A stretch of DNA of 64,000 nt, taken from a virus. The stretch lies in IMG/VR virus record IMGVR_UViG_3300025674_000015. One strand, 5' to 3'. Below the pieces are notes generated by a model, which was given only the letters and a program-made list of their open reading frames with translations, had not been told where the DNA came from and did not search any database. Shown here piece after piece: positions 46,019 through 55,198 of this stretch. A program made the position numbers and the translations under genes. Within the stretch, counting starts at the first letter, position 1. Each line of letters starts with the position of its first letter.

Positions 46019-49000
46019 ATGGAAAGAGCAGAATCAAAACTTAAGTTTGTCGGACTTCACGCCCACTCTGTTGCTGGTTCGCCCTTTGATGCCTTGGGTT
46101 ATCCCAGCGATCATATGGACTTTGCCTATGAGAACGGCATGGATGCAATGGCTTTGACCGATCACGGAAACATGAATGGTTTCTCTTGGCAACTTCTTCA
46201 CGCAAAGAAGATGAATAAAGAAGGAAGAACATTCAAGCCGCTCTTTGGCTGTGAGGCTTATTACATCAAAGACGTTGAAGAGTGGCAAGAAGCTTTTGAT
46301 GCTGCTAATGAAAAGAAAAAGAAAGAAAAAGCAAAGGGTGTTAACATGGAAGCTTCTGAAGGAAAGAACCGTGTTCGCACCTACAACCACCTTCTCTTGA
46401 TCGCACAGAACCAAAAAGGATTGAACAACCTTTTCAAGTTGGTTTCAACTTCTCATGAAGACAAATACTTTTATCGCAAGCCTCGCCTTGATCTTAAGCT
46501 TTTGAAAGAATACAATGAAGGTTTGATTTGCTCTACTACCTGCATCAGCGGGCCTTTTGCACAGGTTGTCTGGGACAACCCTGAAGCTAGCCATGAAGAG
46601 CTTGTGGCCTTGATGCGCCCCGTTGTTGAAGACTTTATTGATATCTTTGGCAAAGAAAGATACTTTGGAGAACTTCAGTGGAACAACATTCCAGAGCAAC
46701 ATAAGCTTAACAAATGTATCATTGAGCTTTCGAAAGAATATGGCATCAAGTTAATCTCAACCGTGGACTCTCACTACGCTCGACCAGAGCTTTGGAAAGA
46801 CCGCGAACTTTACAAGAGACTCGGCTGGCTTGGAATGTCGAAGAAGCCGGACTGGTTGTCTGACGAGCTTCCACAGTCTGTTGATGAGATTGGCTATGAG
46901 TTGTATCCAAAAAACGGAGATCAAGTCTTTGAATCTTACTTGAAGTATTCCAAACTTTCCGGTCACGAATACAACGATGAAGATGTTCGACAAAGTATTG
47001 AGAACACTTACTACATTGCTCATGAGTTGGTTGAAGACTTTGAACCAGATGCGACTGTTCGACTGCCAGACTTTGTCGTCCCAGAAGGAAAGGACGAAGA
47101 CCAAGCCCTGATTGAGCTTTGCTTTGAAGGTTTGAAGGCTAAAGGGTTGGACAAGAAGAAAGATTATGTTGCTCGCTTGAAGGAGGAGGTAACTGTTATT
47201 TCTTCTCGTGGCTTCTCAAAGTATTTCTTGACGATGAAAGCAATCTCTGACAAAGCATTGGAGCATCAGTTGACAGGAGCCGGACGCGGCTCTGCTGCTG
47301 GTTCTTTGGTCGCTTATGTTCTCGGCATCACGCAGATTGATCCAATCAAGTGGGGTCTTCTGTTCTCACGCTTTCTTCGCAAAGATGCGACAGACTATCC
47401 TGACATTGACTACGATGTTTCCGATCCTATGGCTTTGAAGGACATGTTTATTCAAGAGTGGGGTGATGATGTTGTTGTCCCTATTTCAAACTGGAACACT
47501 TTGCAGCTTCGTTCTCTGATCAAGGACATTGCAAAGTTCTATGACATTCCCTTCACAGAAGTCAACCCTGTTACCAGCAGGATGCTGAAGGAAGCTACGC
47601 CAATTGCAAAGCAAGTTCACGGCATCAAGGCGGGTGTTTACACTCCGACCTTTGAAGAGGTGATGGAATACTCTGATTCCTTGAAAGCTTTCTTGCAGAA
47701 GTATCCTAATGTTAAGACGCACGTCTTGCAATTGTATGGACAGGTTCGTTCATGTTCAAGACATGCCGGGGGCGTGGTGGTCGGAGAGAACTTGGATAAG
47801 TATATGCCTCTGATCAAGAACGGTGGCGTTCGTCAAACTCCTTGGTCAGAAGGGCAGAACGTTCGTCACTTGGAGCCTCTTGGTTTCATCAAGTTTGATA
47901 TTCTTGGGTTGGCTTCACTTCGGATGATCGAATCTTGCATTGAGCATATCTTGACTAGACAAGGAAAGAAGGACGTTTGTTTCAATGATATCAAAGAGTT
48001 TTACAACACGCACTTGCATCCAGACACGATGGACATCAAAGACAAGAAAGTCTATGAAAATGTTTTCCACGAAGGCAACTTCGCTGGAACGTTCCAGTTC
48101 ACGGAAACAGGAGCGCAGAACTTTTGTGTCAAAGCAAAACCTAACAGCATCATTGATATTTCTGCTATCACTTCGATCTTTCGCCCCGGGCCCCTATCAG
48201 CCGGCGTTGATCAAGAGTATGTGGATGCAAAAGAAGGTTTGAAGCACGTTGAATACATTCATCCGATTGTTGAAGAAGTAACAAAAGAAACCCACGGCTT
48301 TCTGATCTTCCAAGAGCAGATTGCTTTGCTAGCTCACAAGTTGGGCAAGAATGTTTCTTTGGATGAAGGTAACAAACTTCGCAAACTTCTGACAAAGAAA
48401 GGAACAGGCAAAGGTCATGAAGAAAAAGACAAGATTTACAAAAAGTTCATTCGCGGCTGCGCCGAGAAGAAGATTCCGAACGGTGATGCTGAAAAGCTAT
48501 GGAAAACTTTTGAATACTTTTCAGGGTACGGGTTTAACAAATCACACGCTGTGTCTTATTCTATGCTGTCTTATCAGTGTGCTTGGCTATCATACTATTA
48601 CCCTGTTGAGTGGATGGCTGCGTTCCTAGATAAAGAACCAGAAAGCAGGAAAGAGAAAGCAATCTCTATTGCAAAAGGCTTGGGCTTTGATATTCAAGAG
48701 GTCAGCATCAACAAGTCGGAAAGGCATTGGGCTATCTTGGACGACAAGACTCTGGTTCAGCCTCTTCTTTCTATCAAAGGATTAGGTGAGAAAGCAATTG
48801 ACGAGGTTTTGATGCACAGACCTTTTGATACAATTGATGAGCTTTTGTTTCACGACGAGATAAAACACAACAAACTCAACAAGAAAGCGGTGGATGTCTT
48901 GATTAGAGCCGGAGCAATGAACGAACTTATTGATGATCGCTTCACTGGTGATAAGCATTTCTGGTCTGCGGTTGCTGTTGACAAGCCTAGAAACAAAAAG

Positions 49001-49417
49001 AAGTTCGCCCAGAACATTGAGCTTTACAAACCAGAGGGAGAGTTCTCCGAAGAGGAAAGGATTGAATATCTTGTTGGTCTAACTGGGATGTATCCTTTCC
49101 ACAAAGTTATGGATGATGATGTTGTAAAGCAATTGGAGCAGCATTGTGTTCCACCCCTTTCTCAGTTCGATGAGGATCTGATGGTTGCTTGGTTTATTCC
49201 AAGAGAGATCATTAGCAAGAAAACAAAGAATGGCAAGGTCTATTGGATCTTGAAGACAGTTGACGACTCAGGCATGGTCGATATCAAGTGTTGGGGTATT
49301 GATCCTGAAAAAGATAAGATTCATATCAATCGCCCTTATATGGCGAAGTTGGACTACCACCCCACTTGGGGATTCAGCACTCGCTCTGTTCGAAGAAACT
49401 TGAAATTATTAGCTTGA
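46019..49417 (+). CDS. dnaE: DNA polymerase III alpha subunit
   Basis: PHP domain (LHAHS, TDHGN, DSH), GRGSAAGSLV, PDIDYD, HAGGVV, KFDILGL, YGFNKSHA. Confidence 0.98.
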   Translation: MERAESKLKFVGLHAHSVAGSPFDALGYPSDHMDFAYENGMDAMALTDHGNMNGFSWQLLHAKKMNKEGRTFKPLFGCEAYYIKDVEEWQEAFDAANEKKKKEKAKGVNMEASEGKNRVRTYNHLLLIAQNQKGLNNLFKLVSTSHEDKYFYRKPRLDLKLLKEYNEGLICSTTCISGPFAQVVWDNPEASHEELVALMRPVVEDFIDIFGKERYFGELQWNNIPEQHKLNKCIIELSKEYGIKLISTVDSHYARPELWKDRELYKRLGWLGMSKKPDWLSDELPQSVDEIGYELYPKNGDQVFESYLKYSKLSGHEYNDEDVRQSIENTYYIAHELVEDFEPDATVRLPDFVVPEGKDEDQALIELCFEGLKAKGLDKKKDYVARLKEEVTVISSRGFSKYFLTMKAISDKALEHQLTGAGRGSAAGSLVAYVLGITQIDPIKWGLLFSRFLRKDATDYPDIDYDVSDPMALKDMFIQEWGDDVVVPISNWNTLQLRSLIKDIAKFYDIPFTEVNPVTSRMLKEATPIAKQVHGIKAGVYTPTFEEVMEYSDSLKAFLQKYPNVKTHVLQLYGQVRSCSRHAGGVVVGENLDKYMPLIKNGGVRQTPWSEGQNVRHLEPLGFIKFDILGLASLRMIESCIEHILTRQGKKDVCFNDIKEFYNTHLHPDTMDIKDKKVYENVFHEGNFAGTFQFTETGAQNFCVKAKPNSIIDISAITSIFRPGPLSAGVDQEYVDAKEGLKHVEYIHPIVEEVTKETHGFLIFQEQIALLAHKLGKNVSLDEGNKLRKLLTKKGTGKGHEEKDKIYKKFIRGCAEKKIPNGDAEKLWKTFEYFSGYGFNKSHAVSYSMLSYQCAWLSYYYPVEWMAAFLDKEPESRKEKAISIAKGLGFDIQEVSINKSERHWAILDDKTLVQPLLSIKGLGEKAIDEVLMHRPFDTIDELLFHDEIKHNKLNKKAVDVLIRAGAMNELIDDRFTGDKHFWSAVAVDKPRNKKKFAQNIELYKPEGEFSEEERIEYLVGLTGMYPFHKVMDDDVVKQLEQHCVPPLSQFDEDLMVAWFIPREIISKKTKNGKVYWILKTVDDSGMVDIKCWGIDPEKDKIHINRPYMAKLDYHPTWGFSTRSVRRNLKLLA

Positions 49418-49442
49418 CATTTGTGTAACATTTTGCTATAAT
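49414..49442 (+). promoter_or_regulatory. Sigma70-type promoter overlapping the dnaE stop
   Basis: TTGACA-N17-TATAAT, extended TG. Confidence 0.8.
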
Positions 49443-49468
49443 GATAGCATAACTTAAAAGGAGAAAAG

Positions 49469-49705
49469 ATGAGTACACTTAAGTATGATGCGCTTGTGCG
49501 CCGTTATGAAGCAGAGATTGCCGAAGCAAAGGCTGTTCTCGAAGTTTATTTTGCAGCTTCCGTTGGAGTTGGGGATCATCCGAACATTGTCAACTCGATG
49601 GACAAGATGGTTCAAAAGTTGGCAGATGCAGAAGGAAAGCTTCTTTCCCTGCAACAGTTGGTTTCTGTGCAATCAGAGGAGGTTGAAGATGGAGACGAAG
49701 GTTAA
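49469..49705 (+). CDS. Hypothetical protein
   Basis: SD; GVGDHP motif. Confidence 0.6.
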   Translation: MSTLKYDALVRRYEAEIAEAKAVLEVYFAASVGVGDHPNIVNSMDKMVQKLADAEGKLLSLQQLVSVQSEEVEDGDEG

Positions 49706-50156
49706 GAAGTTGAGACCAGACGCTGTGATTCCTCGCAAGGCTCACCTTAGTGATACTGGATATGATCTTTGGGTTCTTGACAAACACAAAGAGTTGGACA
49801 ATGGTGTTGTAATGTTTTCAACTGGTTTGGCTATAGAGCCGCCATGTGGTTACTACTTTGAGATTGTTCCACGTTCCAGCATCATTAAGTCTGGGTATAT
49901 TCAAGCCAACTCTATTGGAGTTGTTGACTCTGGATATAGAGGAGAGCTTTTTGTTCCACTTCTCAAGTTGGATCAAGCATCTCCCGACATTGAATTTCCA
50001 AAGAAGATTGCACAGTTGGTTCTCCGCAAGGTGGAGACTTGTGCTTTTATCGAGGCTGATGAACTTTATGACTCCAGCAGGGGTGATGGCGGCTTTGGCT
50101 CGACTGACGGAAAAGAAGAAGCATACTGGAAAAGAGAATTGTTCAATCAAAACTAA
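49689..50156 (+). CDS. dut: dUTPase (trimeric)
   Basis: GYDL, PRSS, GVVDSGYRGE, AQLV, RGDGGFGST; ATG 49689 after GGAGG. Confidence 0.95.
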   Translation: METKVKKLRPDAVIPRKAHLSDTGYDLWVLDKHKELDNGVVMFSTGLAIEPPCGYYFEIVPRSSIIKSGYIQANSIGVVDSGYRGELFVPLLKLDQASPDIEFPKKIAQLVLRKVETCAFIEADELYDSSRGDGGFGSTDGKEEAYWKRELFNQN

Positions 50157-50165
50157 GGAGAGGGA

Positions 50166-51176
50166 ATGAACATCACAGCAGACGTAGTGGTAGGTCTTCA
50201 GGCAGGAGACGAAGCAAAAGGTAAAGTTACATATCAACTGTTACAACAAAAGTCATATGATTATTGCATCAGGTTCAATGGCTCCGCCAACGCAGGCCAT
50301 ACAATCTATCATAATGGTAAGAAGTTTGTAACACACCAAATCCCAACAGGAGTGTTCTTTGGAGTTAAATCTATCATTGGGTCTGGCTGTGTTGTTGATT
50401 CTCAAGCTCTTTACAAAGAGATTGAAGACTTGGAAAAAGAAGGTATCAAAGTTCGTGGTAATCTTTTTGTCTCAAAGAAAGCCCATATCATCCATGAGAA
50501 GCATCGCAAAGAAGATGCAACTGGTTCTAATGTTGGCTCAACAAAGAAAGGTGTCGGCCCTGCCTACAAAGATAAAGTAGGAAGGGTTGGTATCAGAGCA
50601 GACCAGATCATTCAAAAGGATATGTTGATTGATCTTTATGAAGAACTTTACTCGGATGATAGAGAGAAAGAAGTTCTTTTTGAAGGCGCACAAGGTTACA
50701 ACCTAGACATTGACTGGGGTGACTACCCTTATGTTACTTCTTCAGTTTGTACAACAGCCGGAGCCATTCAGAATGGTGTTCCGCATTCTTGTATTCGTCG
50801 TGTGTATGGCGTTGCAAAGTGTTATGAGACTTATGTTGGAGCAAAAGAGTTCCAATCAGATGATCCAGTCTTTGTTGACATTGCCAACATTGGACAAGAG
50901 ATTGGCTCAACAACAGGACGAAGACGGCAGTGCAATTGGATGGACTTGACAAAGCTTAAGAAAGCTGTTATAATGAATGGTGTAACACATCTGGTGGTTA
51001 ACAAGTTAGATGTCATGAGAGAAGTTGGAAAGTGGGCTTGTTTTTCAAAAGGGATCAGGTTCACTTATGCAGATGAAGTAAGTTTTAAGTTGACAATCAT
51101 CAAAGAATTTGATAAGATTGTAGAAAGAACAATGTTTTCCGATAACCCGAAAGAAGTGAGAGGTTTGCTGATATGA
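50166..51176 (+). CDS. purA: Adenylosuccinate synthetase (short form)
   Basis: GDEAKGK, NAGHT, GSTKKGVGP.Y, EGAQG, YPYVTSS, TTGR.R, NKLD. Confidence 0.95.
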   Translation: MNITADVVVGLQAGDEAKGKVTYQLLQQKSYDYCIRFNGSANAGHTIYHNGKKFVTHQIPTGVFFGVKSIIGSGCVVDSQALYKEIEDLEKEGIKVRGNLFVSKKAHIIHEKHRKEDATGSNVGSTKKGVGPAYKDKVGRVGIRADQIIQKDMLIDLYEELYSDDREKEVLFEGAQGYNLDIDWGDYPYVTSSVCTTAGAIQNGVPHSCIRRVYGVAKCYETYVGAKEFQSDDPVFVDIANIGQEIGSTTGRRRQCNWMDLTKLKKAVIMNGVTHLVVNKLDVMREVGKWACFSKGIRFTYADEVSFKLTIIKEFDKIVERTMFSDNPKEVRGLLI

Positions 51177-51463
51177 GACAGATTAAAAGAAGAATTGAAA
51201 TGAGAAAGAGAAAAGAAGCAAAGAAAAAGATGAAGTCCTTGATCGACTTGATGATCGATGGTATGCCAGATGTATGTGATTCTTGCAAGACCGAATACAA
51301 CACAGATGACAAACAAGAAGCAGGAAAGTGGCATGTAGAGATTTTGGAAGAAGAAAGGAGAGTTTCTTTGCTTTGCCCTCCATGTCATGAAAGAATCACT
51401 ACTACGCTTCAAGATCTAGAAGAAGCCGTGGAAGAGACAAAGGAGATGACCTATGGATGCTAA
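51173..51463 (+). CDS. Hypothetical zinc-binding protein
   Basis: CxxC...CxxC. Confidence 0.55.
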   Translation: MRQIKRRIEMRKRKEAKKKMKSLIDLMIDGMPDVCDSCKTEYNTDDKQEAGKWHVEILEEERRVSLLCPPCHERITTTLQDLEEAVEETKEMTYGC

Positions 51464-51923
51464 CACGCAGAAGGTCATGTTCTCTTCAAAGACACCGGAA
51501 TGGTCAACCCCACAAGACTTTTATGATAAGCTGGATAAAGAGTTCAACTTTGATCTTGATCCCTGTTCGACAGAAGATAATGCAAAGTGCGACAACTTCT
51601 TTACGGAAGAGGACAACGGCTTGGAGCAAGACTGGGAAGGTTCTGTTTTCATGAATCCTCCGTATGGCAGGACAATCAAACAATGGGTCAAGAAAGCTTA
51701 TCAGGAATCTTACAAGGATGGGACAACAGTCGTGTGCCTCCTTCCCGCCAGAACCTGCACTCAATGGTGGCATGACTACTGCATGAAAGCTAGAGAGATT
51801 CGCTTTGTCAAAGGAAGGCTTAAGTTTGGCGCAGGAACCAACTCTGCTCCTTTTCCTTCTGCTGTTGTCATCTTTGATGGCTTTGATTACCTTGCGCCTA
51901 AAACTTCTACGATGGAGAGATAA
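51453..51923 (+). CDS. Phage N6-adenine DNA methyltransferase
   Basis: WSTP, FDLDPC, VFMNPPYG, LLPART, GRLKF. Confidence 0.93.
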   Translation: MDANTQKVMFSSKTPEWSTPQDFYDKLDKEFNFDLDPCSTEDNAKCDNFFTEEDNGLEQDWEGSVFMNPPYGRTIKQWVKKAYQESYKDGTTVVCLLPARTCTQWWHDYCMKAREIRFVKGRLKFGAGTNSAPFPSAVVIFDGFDYLAPKTSTMER

Positions 51924-52937
51924 ATGTTAGAAAAAACTTACTGCTTTGATGATGTTCTTTTGATTCCAGCTTATTCACATGTTAGAACTAGAAAAGACGT
52001 AGATATTTCAGTTCAATTGTCACCAGATCTTAAGCTTCATGTCCCAATCATTGCGTCCCCAATGGACACCGTATCTGGTTCGGAGATGGCTATTCGCCTG
52101 AGTGAGTTGGGAGGCATTGCAATTCTTCATCGCTACTGCACAATTGAAAGACAAGTTGAAATGGTCGACAAAGTTGTTTCGGCTGGTAGGAAAGTTGGAG
52201 CAGCAGTGGGTGCAGTCGGAGACTACCTAGAGCGCGCTCAGAGGCTCATAGAGGCCGGCGTATCGCTTCTTTGTGTGGATGTAGCCAATGGAGATCACAT
52301 CTTGGTTGAAGAGGCTCTATACCACCTTAAAAGGGTTGTTTCAAATGACATCCACATTATGACAGGGAACGTTGCAACCATGGCTGGCTTCTCGCATAAT
52401 GCTAGCCATGGAGCGAGTTCTGTTCGCTGTGGTGTTGGCGGCGGCTCAATGTGTACAACTCGAATTCAAACCGGTCACGGCGTTCCAACTCTACAAACTA
52501 TTATGTGGGCTTCAAAGGCGAAGAGAGGCGGGACAAAGATTGTGGCAGATGGTGGAATCAAAACAGCAGGAGATATTGTTAAGTCTCTTGCAGCAGGAGC
52601 AGACGTTGTAATGCTTGGTTCTCTTCTCGCTGGGACAGATGAAGCTCCGGGTCAGATTTTGAACTTGGATGGCAGACTTTATAAACAATTCCGAGGGATG
52701 GCTTCAAAAGAAGCGCAGACTGACTGGAGAGGGATGGCTAATTCCGTTGAAGGCGTTACAAGCTATTCTCCCTACAAAGGAAGTGTTGAGGGTGTTGTTA
52801 AGGGCTTGGTGGATGGCATTCGCTCTGGCCTTTCCTACTCCGGCGTAACAAGCATCAAAGAACTCCAAGAGAAGGCGAGGTTCTGCCAGATCTCTTCTGC
52901 TGGCATGGCAGAGTCAAAACCTCACGGACTGCGATAA
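51924..52937 (+). CDS. guaB: IMP dehydrogenase / GMP reductase family (no CBS domains)
   Basis: FDDVLL.P, SPMDTV, GNVAT, GVGGGSMCTTR, ADGGIK, MLGSLLAG, FRGMAS, EGV. Confidence 0.9.
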   Translation: MLEKTYCFDDVLLIPAYSHVRTRKDVDISVQLSPDLKLHVPIIASPMDTVSGSEMAIRLSELGGIAILHRYCTIERQVEMVDKVVSAGRKVGAAVGAVGDYLERAQRLIEAGVSLLCVDVANGDHILVEEALYHLKRVVSNDIHIMTGNVATMAGFSHNASHGASSVRCGVGGGSMCTTRIQTGHGVPTLQTIMWASKAKRGGTKIVADGGIKTAGDIVKSLAAGADVVMLGSLLAGTDEAPGQILNLDGRLYKQFRGMASKEAQTDWRGMANSVEGVTSYSPYKGSVEGVVKGLVDGIRSGLSYSGVTSIKELQEKARFCQISSAGMAESKPHGLR

Positions 52938-53260
52938 TGGAAAACAAGTATAAAGGTTATAAGAAAGTTGTTTTTTATCAACTAACCGATACACATGCTA
53001 GAGTTTTACTTAAACTTAAGTATGATGATCTTAAACAACAAGAGTTTTTCTCTTCTTTGATGGATGCTTATCTGGAAGAAGACGAGAATATTATGAACTT
53101 TATACATGAGTTTAAGATGAAGAAGAGCAGAATGAAAAAGAAAGCAAGGCTAGCAAAGCGAGAAAGGCAAAAACAGAGAGAGATAGCAGAACAGTTTAAC
53201 CTTTCGAAAGATGAGATAGAAGACTTGTTTTCTATTATTGAACAGGAGCATGATTTATGA
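52937..53260 (+). CDS. Hypothetical protein, possible DNA binder
   Basis: Translationally coupled; 107 aa. Confidence 0.55.
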   Translation: MENKYKGYKKVVFYQLTDTHARVLLKLKYDDLKQQEFFSSLMDAYLEEDENIMNFIHEFKMKKSRMKKKARLAKRERQKQREIAEQFNLSKDEIEDLFSIIEQEHDL

Positions 53261-53493
53261 AAGAATGTTGTAAGAAATGTGTCTTATTAAAGGAGGCGTG
53301 TGGACAAAATAAATGTAGAATGTGGATTGATTTTGAAAAAGATCTTAACTGTGCTTTGATTTCAATTCAGAATGGAGGCTTGACACAGACGGACATTTCA
53401 AATAGATTGAAAATCACACCAGCTAGAGTGTGTCAAATAGAAAAAACGGCACTAATTAAAGTTGCAGAAGCGTTTTTAGAAGAAAAAGTTTAA
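53257..53493 (+). CDS. Small Cys-rich protein with sigma70 region-4-like HTH
   Basis: LTQTDIS.RL.IT..RV.QIEK.AL.K. Confidence 0.7.
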   Translation: MKECCKKCVLLKEACGQNKCRMWIDFEKDLNCALISIQNGGLTQTDISNRLKITPARVCQIEKTALIKVAEAFLEEKV

Positions 53494-53517
53494 AAAAGTA
53501 GATTCTAAACGCAGCTT

Positions 53518-53525
53518 ACTATTTA
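53518..53525 (+). promoter_or_regulatory. Putative late promoter ACTATTTA
   Basis: Recurring motif. Confidence 0.65.
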
Positions 53526-53553
53526 TTATTAAACGTTTTTAAGGAGATATAAA

Positions 53554-54330
53554 ATGGCCAAATTATTGTCCGAAAGTACAGTTAGACGATTCCAGAAACT
53601 TGCGAATGTTAAAGTCCTTCGCGAACAAGAAGAACCCGAAATGGAAATGCCGGAAGATGAGCAAATGGAACCTCCGGAAGATCCAATGGCAGGTGCTGAA
53701 ATGGCTGAGGATGAAATTCCGGAAGCAGCTAGAGAAACATTGGCTCAAGAGTTGGTTCAAAAGATTGCTGAAGTTCTCGACGTTGACATCGACATTGATG
53801 TTGAAGAAAGCGAAGGAGCTAATGATCTTCCGGATGAGACTGACATGCCTGAACTTCCCGCCGGTGGCGAAGGTGACGAAGGTATGGAAGGCGAAGATGA
53901 AGAGCTTGCTGAACTTCAAGAGTGGCTTCTCAAAGAAGGTTATGGTCTCGATGAAGAAGATGACTATATGATGGAAGAACTCTACGAAGAGGAAGACTTG
54001 ATGGACGATGAATATATGGACGAGGATTTCTACGAAGAAGACTTGATGGAAGAACTCTACGAAGAGGACGACATGATGGGCGATTTTGAAGGAAATTTCG
54101 ACATGATGGAAGAACTCTACGAAGAGGACGACGTGATGGAAGGCGAGTATATGGATGAGGCTATGCACGAAGAAATGGATCTCGACCTTGATGACCTCGA
54201 TGATGAAGAAATGATGATGGAATCCAAAATCCGAAGGCTTAAAAAGCAATTGGCAGAGCGAAAGCGTCTGAATAAAAGAGCTTCTGTTATCACTGAAAGA
54301 GTTTGGAAAAGACTTAAGCGAGGTCGTTAA
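53554..54330 (+). CDS. Highly acidic protein, probable second prohead core protein
   Basis: LSE/LRE sites; RRFQKLAN motif like scaffold RWKKLAG; three MEELYEE(E/D)D repeats. Confidence 0.6.
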   Translation: MAKLLSESTVRRFQKLANVKVLREQEEPEMEMPEDEQMEPPEDPMAGAEMAEDEIPEAARETLAQELVQKIAEVLDVDIDIDVEESEGANDLPDETDMPELPAGGEGDEGMEGEDEELAELQEWLLKEGYGLDEEDDYMMEELYEEEDLMDDEYMDEDFYEEDLMEELYEEDDMMGDFEGNFDMMEELYEEDDVMEGEYMDEAMHEEMDLDLDDLDDEEMMMESKIRRLKKQLAERKRLNKRASVITERVWKRLKRGR

Positions 54331-54357
54331 TCAGTGACCACATAGTTTAGTTCAAAG

Positions 54358-54396
54358 AACCCGTGTTGCTATAATGTAACACGGGTTTATTTTTTT
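54358..54396 (+). terminator. Terminator hairpin whose loop is TATAAT
   Basis: AACCCGTGTTGC-TATAAT-GTAACACGGGTT then T-tract. Confidence 0.75.
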
Positions 54397-54409
54397 GAGG
54401 AGTAGCATT

Positions 54410-54538
54410 ATGAACATTGATATTGAAGAAGTTTATGAGCTTATCAAAGAAGTTCGGAAAGAGAAAGGGCTTTTAGCGGAGCCTGATATTCTTTTGGAAC
54501 AAGAAGATTATATTGAAATTATTGATGACAAGGAGTAA
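54410..54538 (+). CDS. Small acidic ORF (42 aa)
   Basis: GAGGAG SD; ends just before clpP. Confidence 0.5.
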   Translation: MNIDIEEVYELIKEVRKEKGLLAEPDILLEQEDYIEIIDDKE

Positions 54539-54540
54539 TA

Positions 54541-55188
54541 ATGTCTGAAGAAACAAAAAAAGAAGAAGAAAAAGAAGGATCTGCTAATGATGTTTTCAGT
54601 GTTTTGCTAGGCGGAGACGACATCAAGGACAAACGCTCGAAAAACAAGCTGGTTGGAATCTACGGTGACATCACAGATGAAGCAGCAGCAGATCTAGTTT
54701 ACTCTCTTTTTCTTCTGAGAGAAGAAACAATCGAAGAAAAGGAAGCTTTGAAAGACGAAGAAGATGAAGAAGTTAATCCAATCAACTTGATTGTTTCAAC
54801 TCATGGCGGCTCTGCCCACGAAATGTTCTCGATCTGCGATACAATGAAATTTGTAAAGCAAGACTGTGAGATTCACACAATTGGTCTGGGCAAGGTTATG
54901 TCAGCCGGAGTTGCTGTTCTGGCTTGCGGTACAAAAGGTAAGAGAAAGATTGGGAAGAATTGCAGAGTTATGATTCATCCTGTTTCTTATGCAACCGCAG
55001 GTCATATTAAAGACGTTGAAAACGAAGCTAGAGAAACAAAGAACTTGGAAGAGATGTATATCAACACTCTTGTTGAGAATACAAACTTAACCAAGAAAGA
55101 TGTTCAAAGAATGATGAGAAAGAAAATGAACATTTATATCTCAGCACAAGAAGCTTTGGAATATGGAATTGTTGATGAAATAGTGTGA
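54541..55188 (+). CDS. clpP: ClpP-family protease
   Basis: STHGG, GKVMSAG (Ser), MIHP (His), EALEYGIVD. Confidence 0.9.
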   Translation: MSEETKKEEEKEGSANDVFSVLLGGDDIKDKRSKNKLVGIYGDITDEAAADLVYSLFLLREETIEEKEALKDEEDEEVNPINLIVSTHGGSAHEMFSICDTMKFVKQDCEIHTIGLGKVMSAGVAVLACGTKGKRKIGKNCRVMIHPVSYATAGHIKDVENEARETKNLEEMYINTLVENTNLTKKDVQRMMRKKMNIYISAQEALEYGIVDEIV

Positions 55189-55198
55189 GGGATTTAAC

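Noticed and set aside
49485-49688. N-terminal extension of dUTPase in the ORF track
   Set aside because: It overlaps ORF 49469-49705; the SD-supported start is ATG 49689.
50166-51176. PurZ (2-aminoadenine, Z-genome) hypothesis
   Set aside because: The catalytic Asp is retained (GDEAKG); PurZ has Ser at this position. Canonical PurA is the better call.
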